Source: Octopus vulgaris
Lineage: Eukaryota
Direction: 5' to 3'
DNA: 64,000 nucleotides
NCBI GenBank assembly: GCA_951406725.2
Contig: OX597817.1
Span: 44,888,001 to 44,952,000 of the forward strand
The notes below the pieces were generated by a model. It was given only the letters and a program-made list of their open reading frames with translations. It did not search any database and was not told the DNA's origin. A program made the translations under genes and the position numbers. Below are positions 1 to 14,909 of the stretch, in pieces (position 1 is the stretch's first letter; every line of letters begins with the position of its first letter).

Positions 1-1798
<1,798 letters not shown>

Positions 1799-1804
1799 TA
1801 TATA

Positions 1805-1997
1805 GGTCGAGGCGCAATGGCCCAGTGGTCACAGCAGCAGACTCACGGTTTCGATTCCCAGACCGGGCATTGTGTGTGTTTATTGAGCGAAAACACCTAA
1901 AAGCTCCACGATGCTCCTACAGGGGGTGGGGTGGTGCCCCCTGTTGTACTATTTCGCCACAACTTTCTCTCACTCTCTCTTCCTATTTCTTGAGTAA
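1805..1997 (+). mobile_element. tRNA-derived SINE family A, partial
   Basis: A box TGGCCCAGTGG, B box GGTTTCGATTCC; homologous to 19496-19876. Confidence 0.85.
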
Positions 1998-3801
1998 CGC
2001 TGATATTGATAATGTATTGTCTTCCAACACATATAAATGATTTTATTACCTGGATTATTGATAACACGTCGTCAAAGAATTCTGGGAAAGTTACTTCAAA
2101 TGTTTTTTAGAAATCCATTTATCATACATATATACTTAATGTTTGGGCAATATTATGCCCAAATTTCATAAAGTCAAAATTAAGCCCAAATTTGATCGGA
2201 TAGAGGATAATCTATCGTCTGTCAACTATGGTTTTGTACATACGGTGCAGTAAGTGCGACTTAAATTTCGTTAAAAAGTTGTATTCAGGATATTTTACAG
2301 GCAGATATGGAGTCCCTCAGCCCCTAAGAAAACTTAAAAAGTAGTTGACAAATATCTATTTCGTGTAACAAAGTAGAAACCTCTCCAGAAATTGTTTTAG
2401 CAACAGAGATGTTATTGAAAATACTTGGTGACATAGCTTGTACCTTCGAGCGACTTGCAGGAAACGAACTAAATTATGAACAAATTTGAAAAACACAAGG
2501 ATGAGAAGTGATTTCGCTGAATTGTTATACGTAAAACTACAAGTTTGTAAGAATTTGACAAAGTAGATAACACTTAATGCCTATTTTATAAACTCAAAAC
2601 CTAGTACAACCAGTAATAATACACTTAAAGAACGAATATGTTTCTGTTTGAAGTACGTATATTTGGTTCAAAGGATATTTTCTCTTTATGTAGGGTCATT
2701 AGAGGCCTAATGTATTTTAAATCAATGTATAAGTTTTTCAATGATAAAAAGAAATTATCTTCATAAAATCTATTTTATCTGCCTATGATAAAAACAACAA
2801 CATATATATAAAGAAATCATTAGTCTCATACTTTGACGTATGTGTGTGTGTGTAATTGTATTTAGTAGGTATTTGCAGCTATATGTGTGTATTATGATAC
2901 AATATAACTAATATGCCACTACGTAGAGTATATAATAATTTATGTGTGCAAACACAGAATAAGATAGGATACGAGTATGTGCCTGCTAAGCAATGTCTTC
3001 CTTTCAAGATTCGCATATTTCTTATGAAGAATATGCGATGGAAAGGCATGAATGATACCTAATCAAATCTGCATTTAAATATGTGAAGTCCCTGTAGATC
3101 TGCATTTTCCCATTATATAAGCTCAATAGTGCTGATTCCGATTGAAAGTTAAAATCCGTAATATTAGTTATAAACGAGAAACACGTGATATTCATATTGT
3201 AGAATCGTTAACTGTGAATAATTATCAAAAAAAAATCTTCTTCCGATGCATTTGTATAATGGAAATGGAGAATCGTAGCTGTAAATAATGTATTTATTGA
3301 ACTACAGGAATACAATGTAGTCTTTCGTGCTAAGATAGGAGAAAACTTTCAAAGAGTTTTCCAGAATTTATTTCATCTTCACGTTTCATATTTTTCTTCT
3401 TTTCTGGATGTGTGTCGGCGTTCTGGTCGCTTTAATTCTTTTCTGAAAACAAAGATGAATTATTCGCTAGCTGTATATCTCTCCGTTCGCTGTCAGTTAT
3501 CGCATACACAAAACCACAGATGTGAACACGCACTGGCATTCAATCACAAATATACACAAACATATATATACACATGGACATACATACACACTCACACAAA
3601 CAATTGTATAAGTCTTTGTTTGTATGCGTGTATGGCAATAAGTATCTTTACATACACAGTGAAGTATCTTGTTAATCTAAGCAAATTTGAGTGCTTTCAT
3701 AATATTTCTTCCTACGGAAAGAAATATACGCAACACAAGATATGGAGAAAGTTGAAGGGAACATAGTTTTCTATGCACAGAGACACACACGTATGTGTGT
3801 A

Positions 3802-3869
<68 letters not shown>

Positions 3870-3904
3870 GATATATGTCTATGTGTGTGTGTGTGTGTGT
3901 GGGC

Positions 3905-3940
<36 letters not shown>

Positions 3941-4187
3941 GTACACTTTCATAGAAGAAAGCATATTGTTAATCTAAGCAGTGTTTCAGTACGTTTAATT
4001 TTATATTTGCGTCGACGAAAAGAAATATAGAGATCGCTAAGCACGAAGGAAGTCATGCTTAGATTTCTATATACGCATACATAAGTGAGTGTAAGAAAGT
4101 GTTTGGATGTATACTTTACAAAGGTGTACATGCTTATGAATTATATATATCCATAGTTTATTTCTGATACATATTTTATATTACACA

Positions 4188-4277
<90 letters not shown>

Positions 4278-4351
4278 CATATATATATATATGTATATAT
4301 ATATATACATATATACATATATATGTATACATATATATATATATGTATATA

Positions 4352-4399
<48 letters not shown>

Positions 4400-4919
4400 T
4401 GCGTGTGTGTGCGCGTGCGAACCTACAAGGATTTATGTATAGAGATAGAGAGAGATTAAGAACGAGGGGTAACAAAAAGGGACAGAACGAAAAACGGAGA
4501 TTGAGTTGTACAGCATATGCAACAAGATCAATGCATGCGAAAAACAAGAAGAAAAGAAAAGCACGTATGTAAAATAAAATTTACGAAAACCTGTGGTGCT
4601 GAATGTTATTGCGTGTGCAATTCCTAAAAAAAAAGCTTAACTAAAAGGAACACAAGGATATAAAGGTGAAGCTGAACCAGCAGTACTCAGAAACCAGAAC
4701 TCATACATTGTGATACTCGCTAAATAAAGGAACACGTCATGCATCTCACACGCACTCAATACTATAACACGAAAAGCATTCAAGCGGTGGTGTAAAAATT
4801 TATCAAATTTGTATCGATGTCTATTTATAAAGAAATTCAAAATTACATACCTTTATATATAGCCTCACACTTTCATATATACAAGCATGCATAAATACAT
4901 ACATGATGCATACACACAG

Positions 4920-4952
<33 letters not shown>

Positions 4953-5036
4953 GCATGCATATATTTATATATGCATGTGTATGCGTGTGTGTCTGTGTCT
5001 GTATATGCACACAGATACAAACATTTATTTACACAT

Positions 5037-5098
<62 letters not shown>

Positions 5099-5139
5099 TG
5101 CATGAATACTAAATAAATATAAATATTCACACTAGCAAG

Positions 5140-5347
5140 TGAGTGCGGGACCTTTGTCTTCGATGTTGTAAATGTTTCAAAGGGAATATTCCAATGAATA
5201 ACTTTTTGGCAATTCTACATTTTTTGGTATTAAACCCCGGTGCTATTAATATGACAAAACTAAAGTGGTTTCATGCTACGGTTGACAACTACTACACATA
5301 CCAATGCAACCACCTATGTCATTATGGATGACCTGAATATCTATGCC

Positions 5348-5350
<3 letters not shown>
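5140..5350 (+). pseudogene. Decayed R4/Dong-type RT fragment
   Basis: Translates piecewise to VSKGIF...LVLNP...NHL...MDDLNIYAR, matching CGIFQGDSLSPLIFCIALIP...SHLFYMDDLKLYG in the 30200-32568 ORF. Confidence 0.6.
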
Positions 5351-5403
<53 letters not shown>

Positions 5404-5796
5404 TTACAACGCCAATAGTTTGATTAGAATTAATAACACAATTCTCAGGTGACACAGGAACATATTTCCGGGCTTAAGTGTTCGTATCTGTTGACCGTGG
5501 AAAAGCATTGCACCAAACTCAAAACCTGTATATCAATACTATCTCTATCTTTTCTGTTTTACACAAAAAAAGCTTCAAACAGGTAAGCACTAGAGAAAAC
5601 TCACCATATGTAGGCGTAGGAGTGGCTGTGTGGTAAGTAGCTTGCTTCCCAACCATATATTTCCGGCATCAGTCCCACAGCGTGGGCACCTCGGGCAACT
5701 CTCTTCTACTATAGCCTCGGACCGACTAAAGCCTTGTGAGTGAATCTGGTAGAAGGAAACTGAAAGAAGCCTGTCGTATATATGTATGTATATAGC

Positions 5797-6022
5797 GCCA
5801 TGATAGATCGTTAGCCACTACACACATTTATCTCTCCTTTTTTTCCTCTCCTGTTTTCTCTCCTTTTTTTCTCTCCTTGTTTTTTCTGTGTCCCTTTCTG
5901 TAGAAAAGCGTCGGCTCGAAACGTAAAATACTTTTTCTATTCCTGAGCGTTATACTAATACATCTGTTTGTTTTGTACACCACATGTCTTTATCTTTTGT
6001 CTTTTTCGTAAACTCTCCCTTT
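5797..6022 (+). mobile_element. Short PLE-derived terminal remnant with minimal HHR-like motif (5894-5929)
   Basis: CTTT-CTGTAGA-A-AAGC-gtcg-GCTC-GAAA-CG-T-A-AAAT; reverse-complement copy at 9599-9790. Confidence 0.65.
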
Positions 6023-6034
6023 ATATATGTATAC

Positions 6035-6115
<81 letters not shown>

Positions 6116-6119
<4 letters not shown>

Positions 6120-6738
6120 AGAGTTACCGCTAAGTGGTTAACTCTAGTGCTAAAAGTAGCTCCTTTTTCTGGTATAGCCACCAAAAGTTTGTTTCCAATA
6201 AGAAATAACATTACATTCAACGTAAGGAAAGTGAAATACAACGAAAAAATAGATTAACGCCGAACAATTGTTTCATTATTCTAATAATATGCAATTATAC
6301 TCACATATTTATCTATAAATCATCAGCGGCAGTTTGTCTTCGAAACAATTTATTAGACCCTCACGAGCGTCAAATACCCATGCGGTTTAATCGATTGCAT
6401 ACATAGTTGTGATTCAGATTCCCCGCCAAAAGCATGTGAGTATAATTGCATATTATATTAATAATGAAACAATTGTTCGGCGTTAAACTATTTTTTCGTT
6501 GTATTTCACTTTCCTTACGTTGAACGTAATGTTATTTCTTATAGGAAACAAACTTTTGGTGGCTATACCAGAAAAAGGAGCTATTTTAGAGTTAACCACT
6601 TAGCGGTAACTCTCTTATATCTAAGTATAAATTTGTATTGTCTACCTGGTTTTTTATGTGCTAAGCCACTTGGTGTTAAAATGATGGTATTATTAAATTA
6701 ATATCTAATTATTTTTCACCCTCATTTATGAATATGCG
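6116..6738. mobile_element. Foldback mini-element: ~190-bp inverted arms (6116-6306 / 6434-6618) plus a one-sided tail, flanked by (TA)n
   Basis: TAAGAGAGTTACCGCTAAGTGGTTAACTCTA... versus ...TAGAGTTAACCACTTAGCGGTAACTCTCTTA. Confidence 0.85.
6259..6330 (-). ncRNA. Type-I hammerhead ribozyme fold
   Basis: Minus strand GCCG-CUGAUGA-uuuau...auaau-GAAA-CAAUUG-U-U-CGGC; canonical core, palindromic stem III ACAAUUGU, weak AU stem II. Confidence 0.75.
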
Positions 6739-6771
<33 letters not shown>

Positions 6772-7411
6772 GTGTGTGCATATGTTTGTGTGTCTGTGTT
6801 TGTACCCCCAACATCTTGACAACCAATTCTGGTGTGCTTACGTCCCTGTAACTAAGCGGTTCAGCAAAAGCGAACGATAGAATAATTACTAGGTTTATAA
6901 AGAATAAATCCTGCGGTCAGTTTGTTCGACTAAAGGCGGTGCTCCAGCATGGCCACAGTCAAATGACTGAAACAATAAAAGAGTAAAGAGTATATGGTGC
7001 TAGTAATAGAGTGACTCGAGAATATTGTAGCAGACTTAGAAAAATACGGCAGCTGGAACAATCTTCTTGCAAGAAAATCTCCACAGTGCATTTGCAGTAC
7101 CAGTTTTGATTCTAATATTTAATGTTGAGAAAATCTGCTCCATAGACATTAAAATATAAAAGACCACGATATCAACTAGAAACTTCAGCAGAATTTCGGT
7201 ATCGGCAGGCTCTATCTAAGAAGAAAAGTGGGGTCAATTTATTTTTAAAAAGTTCAGGGAGCTGTATTTGAATTTAATTTCTTTTAGAGTTGTTGCTTCA
7301 TTAAAATCAGTTTAGTGTTTTGGGCTAAATTTATGTCCATCAAATTTAATGAAAGGTTAATTTAGGAGTGATGTGATAGCAATTATATATGTATATGTTT
7401 GTTTCTGTATA

Positions 7412-7777
7412 TTACGACGATGAGGGTTCCTATTGATCCGATCCACGGAACAGCCAGCTTGTGAACTTAACGTGCAAGTGGCGAGGACTTTATAGATACG
7501 TGTACACTTAACGTAGTTCTTGGGGAGATTCAGCGTGACACAGAGTGTGATAAGGCTGGCCCTTTAAAAGACAGGTACAAGAGAAACAGGAAGAAAGAGT
7601 GAGAGAAAGTTGTGGCGAAAGAGTACAGCAGGGATTGCCACCAACCCCTGCCGGAACCCCTTGGAGTTTTAGGTGTTTTCGCTCAATAAACGCTCATAAC
7701 GCCCAGTCTGGGAATCGAAACCGCGATACGACGACCGCGAGTCCACTGCCCTAAACACTGGGCTCTTGGGCCTCCAC
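7412..7777 (-). mobile_element. SINE family A, full length
   Basis: Reverse complement of 19496-19876. Confidence 0.9.
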
Positions 7778-7806
7778 TATTGTACGTACGATTGTATGGC
7801 AACACA

Positions 7807-8590
7807 AGGCGGTGAGCTGGCAGAATCGTTAGCACGCCGTGCGAAATGCTTAGCTGTATTTCGTCTGCCGCTACGTTCTGAGTTCAAATTCCGCCGAGGT
7901 CAACTTTGCCTTTCATCCTTACGTTTTCGATTAAATAAGTACCAGTTACGCACTGGGGTCGATATAATCGACTTAATCCGTTTGCCTGTCCTTGTCTGTC
8001 CTCTCTGTGTTTAGGTCCTTGTGGGTATTAAAGAAATAGGTATTTCGTCTGCTTTTACGTTCTGAGTTCCAATTCCGCGAAGGTCGCCTTTGCCTTTCAT
8101 CCTTTCGGGGCCAATTAAATAAGTACCAGTTACGCACTGCGGTCGATATAATCGACTTAATCCGTGTCTCTGTCCTTGTTTGTCCCCTCTGTGTTTAGCC
8201 TCTTGTCGGTAGTAAAGAAATAGGTATTTCGTCTGCTGCTACGTTCTGAGTTCAAATTCCACCGACGTCGACTTTGCCTTTCATCCTTTCGGGGCCAATT
8301 AAATAAATACCCATTACGCACTGGGGTCGATATAATCGACTTAATCTGTTTGTCTGTCCTTGTTTGTCCTGTCTGTGTTTAGACCCTTGTGGGTAGTAAA
8401 GAAATTGGTATTTCGTCTGCCCTACGTTCTGAGTTCAAATTCCGCCGAGGTCGACTTTGCCTTTCATCCTTTCGGGGTCGATTAAATAAGTAACAGTTAC
8501 GCACTGGGGTCGATGTAATCTACTTAATCCGTTTGTCTGTCCTTGTTTGTCCTCTCTGTGTTTAGCCCCTTGTGGGTAGTAAAGAAATAG
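7807..8590 (+). mobile_element. SINE family C (tRNA head, Meta-domain-like body) tandem tetramer, 184-bp period
   Basis: Head GGCGGTGAGCTGGCAGAA, B box GAGTTCAAATTC; body GTCGACTTTGCCTTTCATCCTTTCGGGGTCGAT...AAGTACCAG; units restart at 8040, 8224 and 8408. Confidence 0.9.
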
Positions 8591-9484
8591 TATTGTATAC
8601 CAACTCACAAGCACACACACGCTTACATGGAATTTATTTAATGATAACGTGTGTGTATATGTATATACGTATATGTGTGCTGTGTGTGTGTGTGTGTGTG
8701 AGTGTGTGCGTGTGTGTGTGTGTGTGTTTTGTATGATACACAGATAGGCGGGTAGATAAATGGCTAGAAAAATAGTTGGCAAATAGATATATGCACAAAT
8801 TTATATAATTATGGACGTGTATAGAAGCTAATCTAATAGACCATCTCAGTGCGATACTGTAAATACATTTGAATAGAAGTTTATGTAAACTTTATTTTTT
8901 CGCATTTCACTAATTAGATGATAAAAAAAAAAATATTCCTTTATGAACTGGCAGGAATTCAACTAAAGACAAGAATGAAAGTTGACAATGGATTAATTGA
9001 AGTGTAACACAAACGAATTTCTAGATTTGAAATTCTGCATGAATTTAATAGAAAATCATTCAGCAGTGGAATATGGACATTGCTGTTTTTGTTCAGTTTT
9101 CAAACCGCCACAACTTTCGCAATCTTTCTCGCTCCTTTCGACATTGTGAGGCAAGACCAATGCTGAGAAACAGACGCAAAGAGCAAATATATTAATCACG
9201 TATACACACACGCGCATATGTATATGTATACACACAGATATATACTGTGTATATGTGAGGGTAAAAATAATGAAAATAACTTATTACCAGTGGTTCACAT
9301 GCATAATAAAAGTGCCTTAAGAATTTCCTTTTTCGTGGTTTGGGTTTAACTGCCATTTTTAGCATATAAGAAGCTCGTCAACGGTCTTCTCTCTGTGTAT
9401 AAATCTTTATACAGTTTTACATATGTATACATACATACATACATACATACATACATACATACATACATACATACATACACACAC

Positions 9485-9518
<34 letters not shown>

Positions 9519-9557
9519 ATGTATGAGTGTCTGTACATATATATGTATATGTATATA

Positions 9558-9598
<41 letters not shown>

Positions 9599-9602
<4 letters not shown>

Positions 9603-9790
9603 GGAGAGTTCACGGAAAAAAAAAACAAAAGACGAAGACAGGTGGTGTACAAAACAAACAGATGTATTAGTGTAACGCTCACCAATAGAAATAGTCTTTT
9701 ACGTTTCGAGCCTACGCTCTTCTACAGAAAGGGACACAGAAAAAAACAAAGAGAGAAACAAGGAGCGAAAAAAATGTGTGTAGTGGCTAT
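9599..9790 (-). mobile_element. Short PLE-derived terminal remnant, same family as 5797-6022
   Basis: Abuts (TA)n; reverse-complement homology to 5797-6022. Confidence 0.7.
9696..9731 (-). ncRNA. Minimal hammerhead-like motif, core variant CUGUAGA
   Basis: CUUU-CUGUAGA-A-GAGC-guag-GCUC-GAAA-CG-U-A-AAAG; stems I and II pair perfectly. Confidence 0.65.
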
Positions 9791-10749
9791 GTGAGGAGTG
9801 TGTGTGTATGTATGTATGTAAGTATGTATGTAAGTATGTATGTAAGTATGTATGTATGTAAGTATGTATGGATGCGTAATGTACATCAGGTATATTTCAC
9901 CTATTCATGTTTGCTTATATTTTTCATCTATCCATTCTCTTGCTTATCCCTCCATGTATGAAAAAAATCTAATATTTTCTTATTCTGTTATTTATTCCAT
10001 TCCTGGTATGACTATAATTAGTAGATTTGAATAATTGGCAATCTTCTTGAATGATGTCTCCTTCGATTTGATTTCAACTGAAAATATGATCAAAGTGATT
10101 AATACAATGAGTGTTATATTAAGCGTACCATTCGCTACAGGATTTAGCAAAGAATTTCACAGGTTTCAGCAGCAATAAATTTAAAAATAGAGCAACCTAC
10201 GTTGCCCCTTCAGCAAGTATCTTGCCGTAAGTTATGCCTTCTACAATAACCACATTTCAACCCAAGCATTATCAGTAAAATCTGTTGGAGAGAAATTGTG
10301 CTGAAGCTTTTAGAATTAGCTTGTTCTGTAGCTGAAAAGATAGTCTCGTACATATCATATTGCGCTCATAATACTTGAATAGTATATTGGATTCCAGACA
10401 GGTGACCAGAAATTTAACTATTGGTGAGTTTTCGATTAGATCAATTGCAGCAATTATACCTGCTCCTTTATTGTATCAGCTTTCGGGCAGATGAAAGGCA
10501 AAATCAATATAAACACAGAACGCAAAGGTGTAAAGTCCCGTAACTAAATCCCGGAAGACATGTTATTTATTTATTTATTACATTTTAATGAATTTAGTAT
10601 TCCGCCACCTTCCTGAGAATTGTAGTAAGCGCAATCACTGCTTAACAATCCCCCTCCATAATACATATGTGCATACCCACATATTCTTCATAAATCCTTA
10701 ACTAAATACTCTAACCTGTCATTTTTTAAAGACAATAGTGCACGATTCA

Positions 10750-11483
10750 AGGCAGCGAGCTGGCAGAAACGTTAGCACTCCGGGTGAAATGCGTAGCCGT
10801 ATTTCGTCTGCCGTTACGTTCTGAGTTCAAATTCCGCCGAGGTAGACTTTGCCTTTCATCCTTTCGGGGTCAATAAATTAAGTACTAGTTACGTACTGAG
10901 GTCGATGTAATCGTCTTAATCCGTTTGTCTGTCCTTGTTTGTCCCCTCTATGTTTAGCCCCTTGTAGGTAGCAAAGAAATAGGTATTTCGTGTGCCGCAA
11001 CATTCTGAGTTCAAATTCCGCCGAGGTCGACTTTGCCTTTCATCATTTCGAGGTCGATAAATTAAGGACCAGTTGCGTACTGGGATCGATCTAATTGACT
11101 AGCCACCTCCTCCAAAATTTAGAGCCATGTGCCTAGAGTAGAAAAAATATAATCATGAAGGCGGCGATGGCAGAAACGTTAGCACGCCGGGTGAAATGCT
11201 TAGCCTTATTTCATCTGTCTTTACGTTCTGAGTTAAAATACTGCCGAGGTCGACTGTGACTTTTATCCTTTTGGATTCAATAAATTAAGGACCAGTTGTG
11301 TACTGGGGGGTGATCTAATCGACTGGCCTCCTCCCCCCAAATTTCGAGGCATGTGCCTAGAGTCGACTTTGCCTTTCATCATTTCGAGGTCGATAAATTA
11401 AATACCAGTTGCGTACTGTACTCAATCTAATCGATTGACCCCCCATCCCAGAACATTTCGGGTCATGTGCCTATAGTAGAAAA
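10750..11483 (+). mobile_element. Compound SINE family C array (about 4 units, two different 3' tails)
   Basis: Heads at 10750 and 11159, internal restarts at ~10983 and ~11362; imperfect flanking duplication AATAGTGC. Confidence 0.85.
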
Positions 11484-12429
11484 TAATAGTGCCTGATTTC
11501 AGCAAGATTTACCTACTCTTTCTACAGCTCGAACTACCATATAGATGATTGTACATTTTCTATTGGTAGTATATGTAACGGTGATATTGAACATGGTGCT
11601 GTTATGTTTTTATTCATTTCAACAGTTTCCGGTGGAACAAGCTGTGGAATATATGGCAATATTATTAGTAGCATTTGTTCAGTTAATAGTTTTTCTACAT
11701 TTCTCCGTACCTAATACAATTGTCAGTGCTACTATCCATACTAATTGCTCTCTAATTGCTGTCCATTGATAATTGTCGCATAAAAATGTATAATTATATT
11801 TTATTCGTTAATTAAAATTCAAGCAGAGATCTGTAGACTTGTGTCCGAGGACATGTTTGAAGCTAGACGTATAAGGTTTGTTATGAGGAACGTCATAGAT
11901 AATGAGACGGTGGAGACGGTGGTGTCTTCTCGAACAGAGACTGTGAAAGAGATAAATGGTGTAAGATAAATGGGAGGAAGGGGTGAGGAAGGAGAGGGAA
12001 AGAGAGATGGAGAAAGCGAAATGTGATGAAAGAGGAAGAGAATGAAATGTAATTATAGGTAGAACGTAGTGATGAAGATAAGAAGTAGTTGAGGATTAAA
12101 TGATGAATACGTGTGAATTAGATATAATTATGAGAAGATTATATAGATGTGCAGCATGTTGGTGAAAATGAATTACAGAGAGGTAGAATCAAGGATATGG
12201 AAAGACAACTTGAAAGAGAAGGAAAGAGAGAAGGAGAGAGAGAAGATATATACAGACATAGAAGAAGAGAAAGAAAGAGAAAGAGAGAGAGTGAGTGAAG
12301 CTAGAGGCTTGCTTACGCCTAAGTATAATGATGTAATTATTGTGCACATTGATGTACGTATGCAAGAAAGAAAAAAGAGTGATTATTTCTATATACCTGT
12401 GAACATATTCTTTCTCTCTATATATTCTA

Positions 12430-12523
12430 TGTATATTTTAGATATATATACATATATATTATATGTTATATATTATATATATATATATTTATATTTATAT
12501 ATATGTATATATATATGTATATG

Positions 12524-12581
<58 letters not shown>

Positions 12582-12584
12582 GTA

Positions 12585-12639
<55 letters not shown>

Positions 12640-12678
12640 GTATATGTTTATGTATATATATATATGTATATGTTTATG

Positions 12679-12735
<57 letters not shown>

Positions 12736-12760
12736 GTTTATAAATATATATATGTACTTA
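12430..12760. repeat. Compound (TA)n/(TATG) microsatellite
   Basis: Direct reading. Confidence 0.97.
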
Positions 12761-13209
12761 TGAATTTATGTGTGTTTGTGCGTACGTACATAGGTATGTA
12801 CGTGTGTGTATGTATACTAGGCACTATGTATATACGTATTCATATTGTGTTAGTATGCACGTGTATTCCGTTGTTATTATCTTCTGCAGTTTTCTGCACT
12901 GTATATGGTAGCAGAGTGTAATCAATGCCGACGTACACTTCGATGATACGCATTTGGTATTTGGAGAATAGTGAATAAACATAATGATACTACCAAAATA
13001 TGTGTCTCTTGGTGGAACGTAGATACGTCAGGGATTTTACATACTGGAAAATTTCATTATTACTCTCGTGATTATTCCACTGTACGTACTTCTCTTATCA
13101 TCCATATGCCAGCATGCATCGACACGCAAGCCAGAGACATTGCACTGATTCTAGGTTCAGATAATCTTTCTGTTATAAGCACAAAGCATGAAATGTCATT
13201 TTATAGGTA

Positions 13210-13805
13210 AGGGTCTACTCGATTTCATCGACCTCAGTTCTCAGCTGTTACTTATTTAATCAACCTCGAACAGATGAAAGGCAGAGTCGACCACAGTGGA
13301 ATTTGAACTCAGAATTTAAAAACGGAAGCATTTTGTTAGGCGTGCTAAAGATTCTTATTTCATTATTGCCCACAAGGGGCTAAACATAGAGGGGGCAAAC
13401 AAGGACAGACAAAGGGATTAAGTCGATTACATCGACCCCCAGTGTGTAACTGGTACTTAATTTATCGACCCCGGAAGGATGAAAGGCAAAGTTGACCTTT
13501 GAACTCAGAACGTAAAAACAGACGAGATACCTATTTCTTTACTACCCACAAGGGGCTAAACACAGAGAGGACAAACAAGGACAGACAAAACGGATTAAGT
13601 CGATTTCACCGACCCCAGTGCGTAACTGGTACTTAATTTATCGACCCTGAAAGGATGAAAAGCAAAGTTGACCTCGGCGGAATTTGAACTCAGAACGTAG
13701 CGGCAGACAAGACACTGCTAAGCATTTCGCCCGGTCTGCTAACGTTTCTGCCAGCTCGCCGCATTGCAAAAGGCGTGCTAAAGATTCTGTTAGTTCGTTG
13801 CCTTT
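13210..13805 (-). mobile_element. Young SINE C dimer (13356-13763) nested in an older SINE C copy, 18-bp TSD
   Basis: AGGCGTGCTAAAGATTCT at 13338-13355 and 13771-13788. Confidence 0.88.
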
Positions 13806-14313
13806 CTTCAGTATATAATCTGCAATTATGTCAATCTAATATATTCCTCAGCAGCGCAGGAGCACAATAATTATGCCCCTCAAGAAAACAACAATGAAAC
13901 CAGCTAATAACACATTTGCAAATAAGTGTTAAGATCTTTAATACTTCACGGTAATATCACATCATCACATAGCAAAACTTTCCACACAGACCATGAGTTT
14001 ATATCCAGAGCAAGAGATTGCTATATCAGCCAACACATCATTACAGATGTCATATGAGACACGCAAAACGAAATTACCCATTTTCAGAAAAGTGCTACTT
14101 TTATATAAACAGACACTCTAGACCGCTTACCTAAACTAATTAACATACTGAAAGTCACTAGACTAATTAGTAGTAAATTAATTTAATTAGCATCACACTA
14201 AAAGTTTTGAGCAATGGATGCGTTAGTGGGTAATAGTTATCTTCAGACGCTACTTCTACGAAACTCATCCCGGCCCTTCAGAGCTGCCTGGAACGTTGCC
14301 ACCCGCACTTCTT

Positions 14314-14909
14314 ATTTCTTTATTGCCCATAAGGGGCTAAACATAGAGGGAACAGACAAGGACAGACAAAGGGATTAAGTTGATTATATCGACACCAGTG
14401 GGTAACTGGTACTTAATTTATCGACCCCGAAAGGATGAAAGGCAAAGTCGACCTTGGCGGAATTTGAACTCAGAATGTAGGGCAGACGAAATACCTATTT
14501 CTTTACAACCCACAAGGGGCTAAACAGAGAGAGGGCAAACAAGGAGAGACAAACGGATTAAATCGATTATATCAACCCCAGTGCGTAACTGGTGCTTAAT
14601 TTATCGACCCCGAAAGGATGAAAGGCAAAGTCGACCTTGGCGGAATTTGAACTCAGAATGTAGGGCAGACGAAATACCTATTTCTTTACTACCCACAAGG
14701 GGCTAAACAGAGAGAGAGCAAACAAGGAGAGACAAACGGATTAAATCGATTATATCGACCCCAGTGCGTAACTGGTGCTTAATTTATCGACCCCGGAGGA
14801 TGAAAGGCACAGTCGACCTCGGCGGAATTTGAACTCAGAACGTAGCGGCAGACGAAATACCGCTAAGCATTTAGCCCGGCGTGCTAACGTTTCTGCCAGC
14901 TCGCCGCCT
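14314..14909 (-). mobile_element. SINE C trimer with 17-bp TSD
   Basis: TGCCACCCGCACTTCTT at 14297-14313 and 14918-14934. Confidence 0.92.

Larger units (their letters stand above)
5611..6993 (+). mobile_element. SINE family B (tRNA head, CORE-like body, internal TA tract) split by about 1 kb of insertions in its internal microsatellite
   Basis: Head 5611-5790 and tail ~6775-6993 together match the contiguous copies at 62564-62965 and 63165-63573. Confidence 0.85.

Noticed and set aside
2060-2800. Possible decayed coding remnant
   Set aside because: No diagnostic motif in the frames examined.
5400-5530. Very decayed HHR on the minus strand (ACAGG...GGAAATATGTT-CCTGT)
   Set aside because: The core is unrecognisable (TTTTGAG); too degenerate to call.
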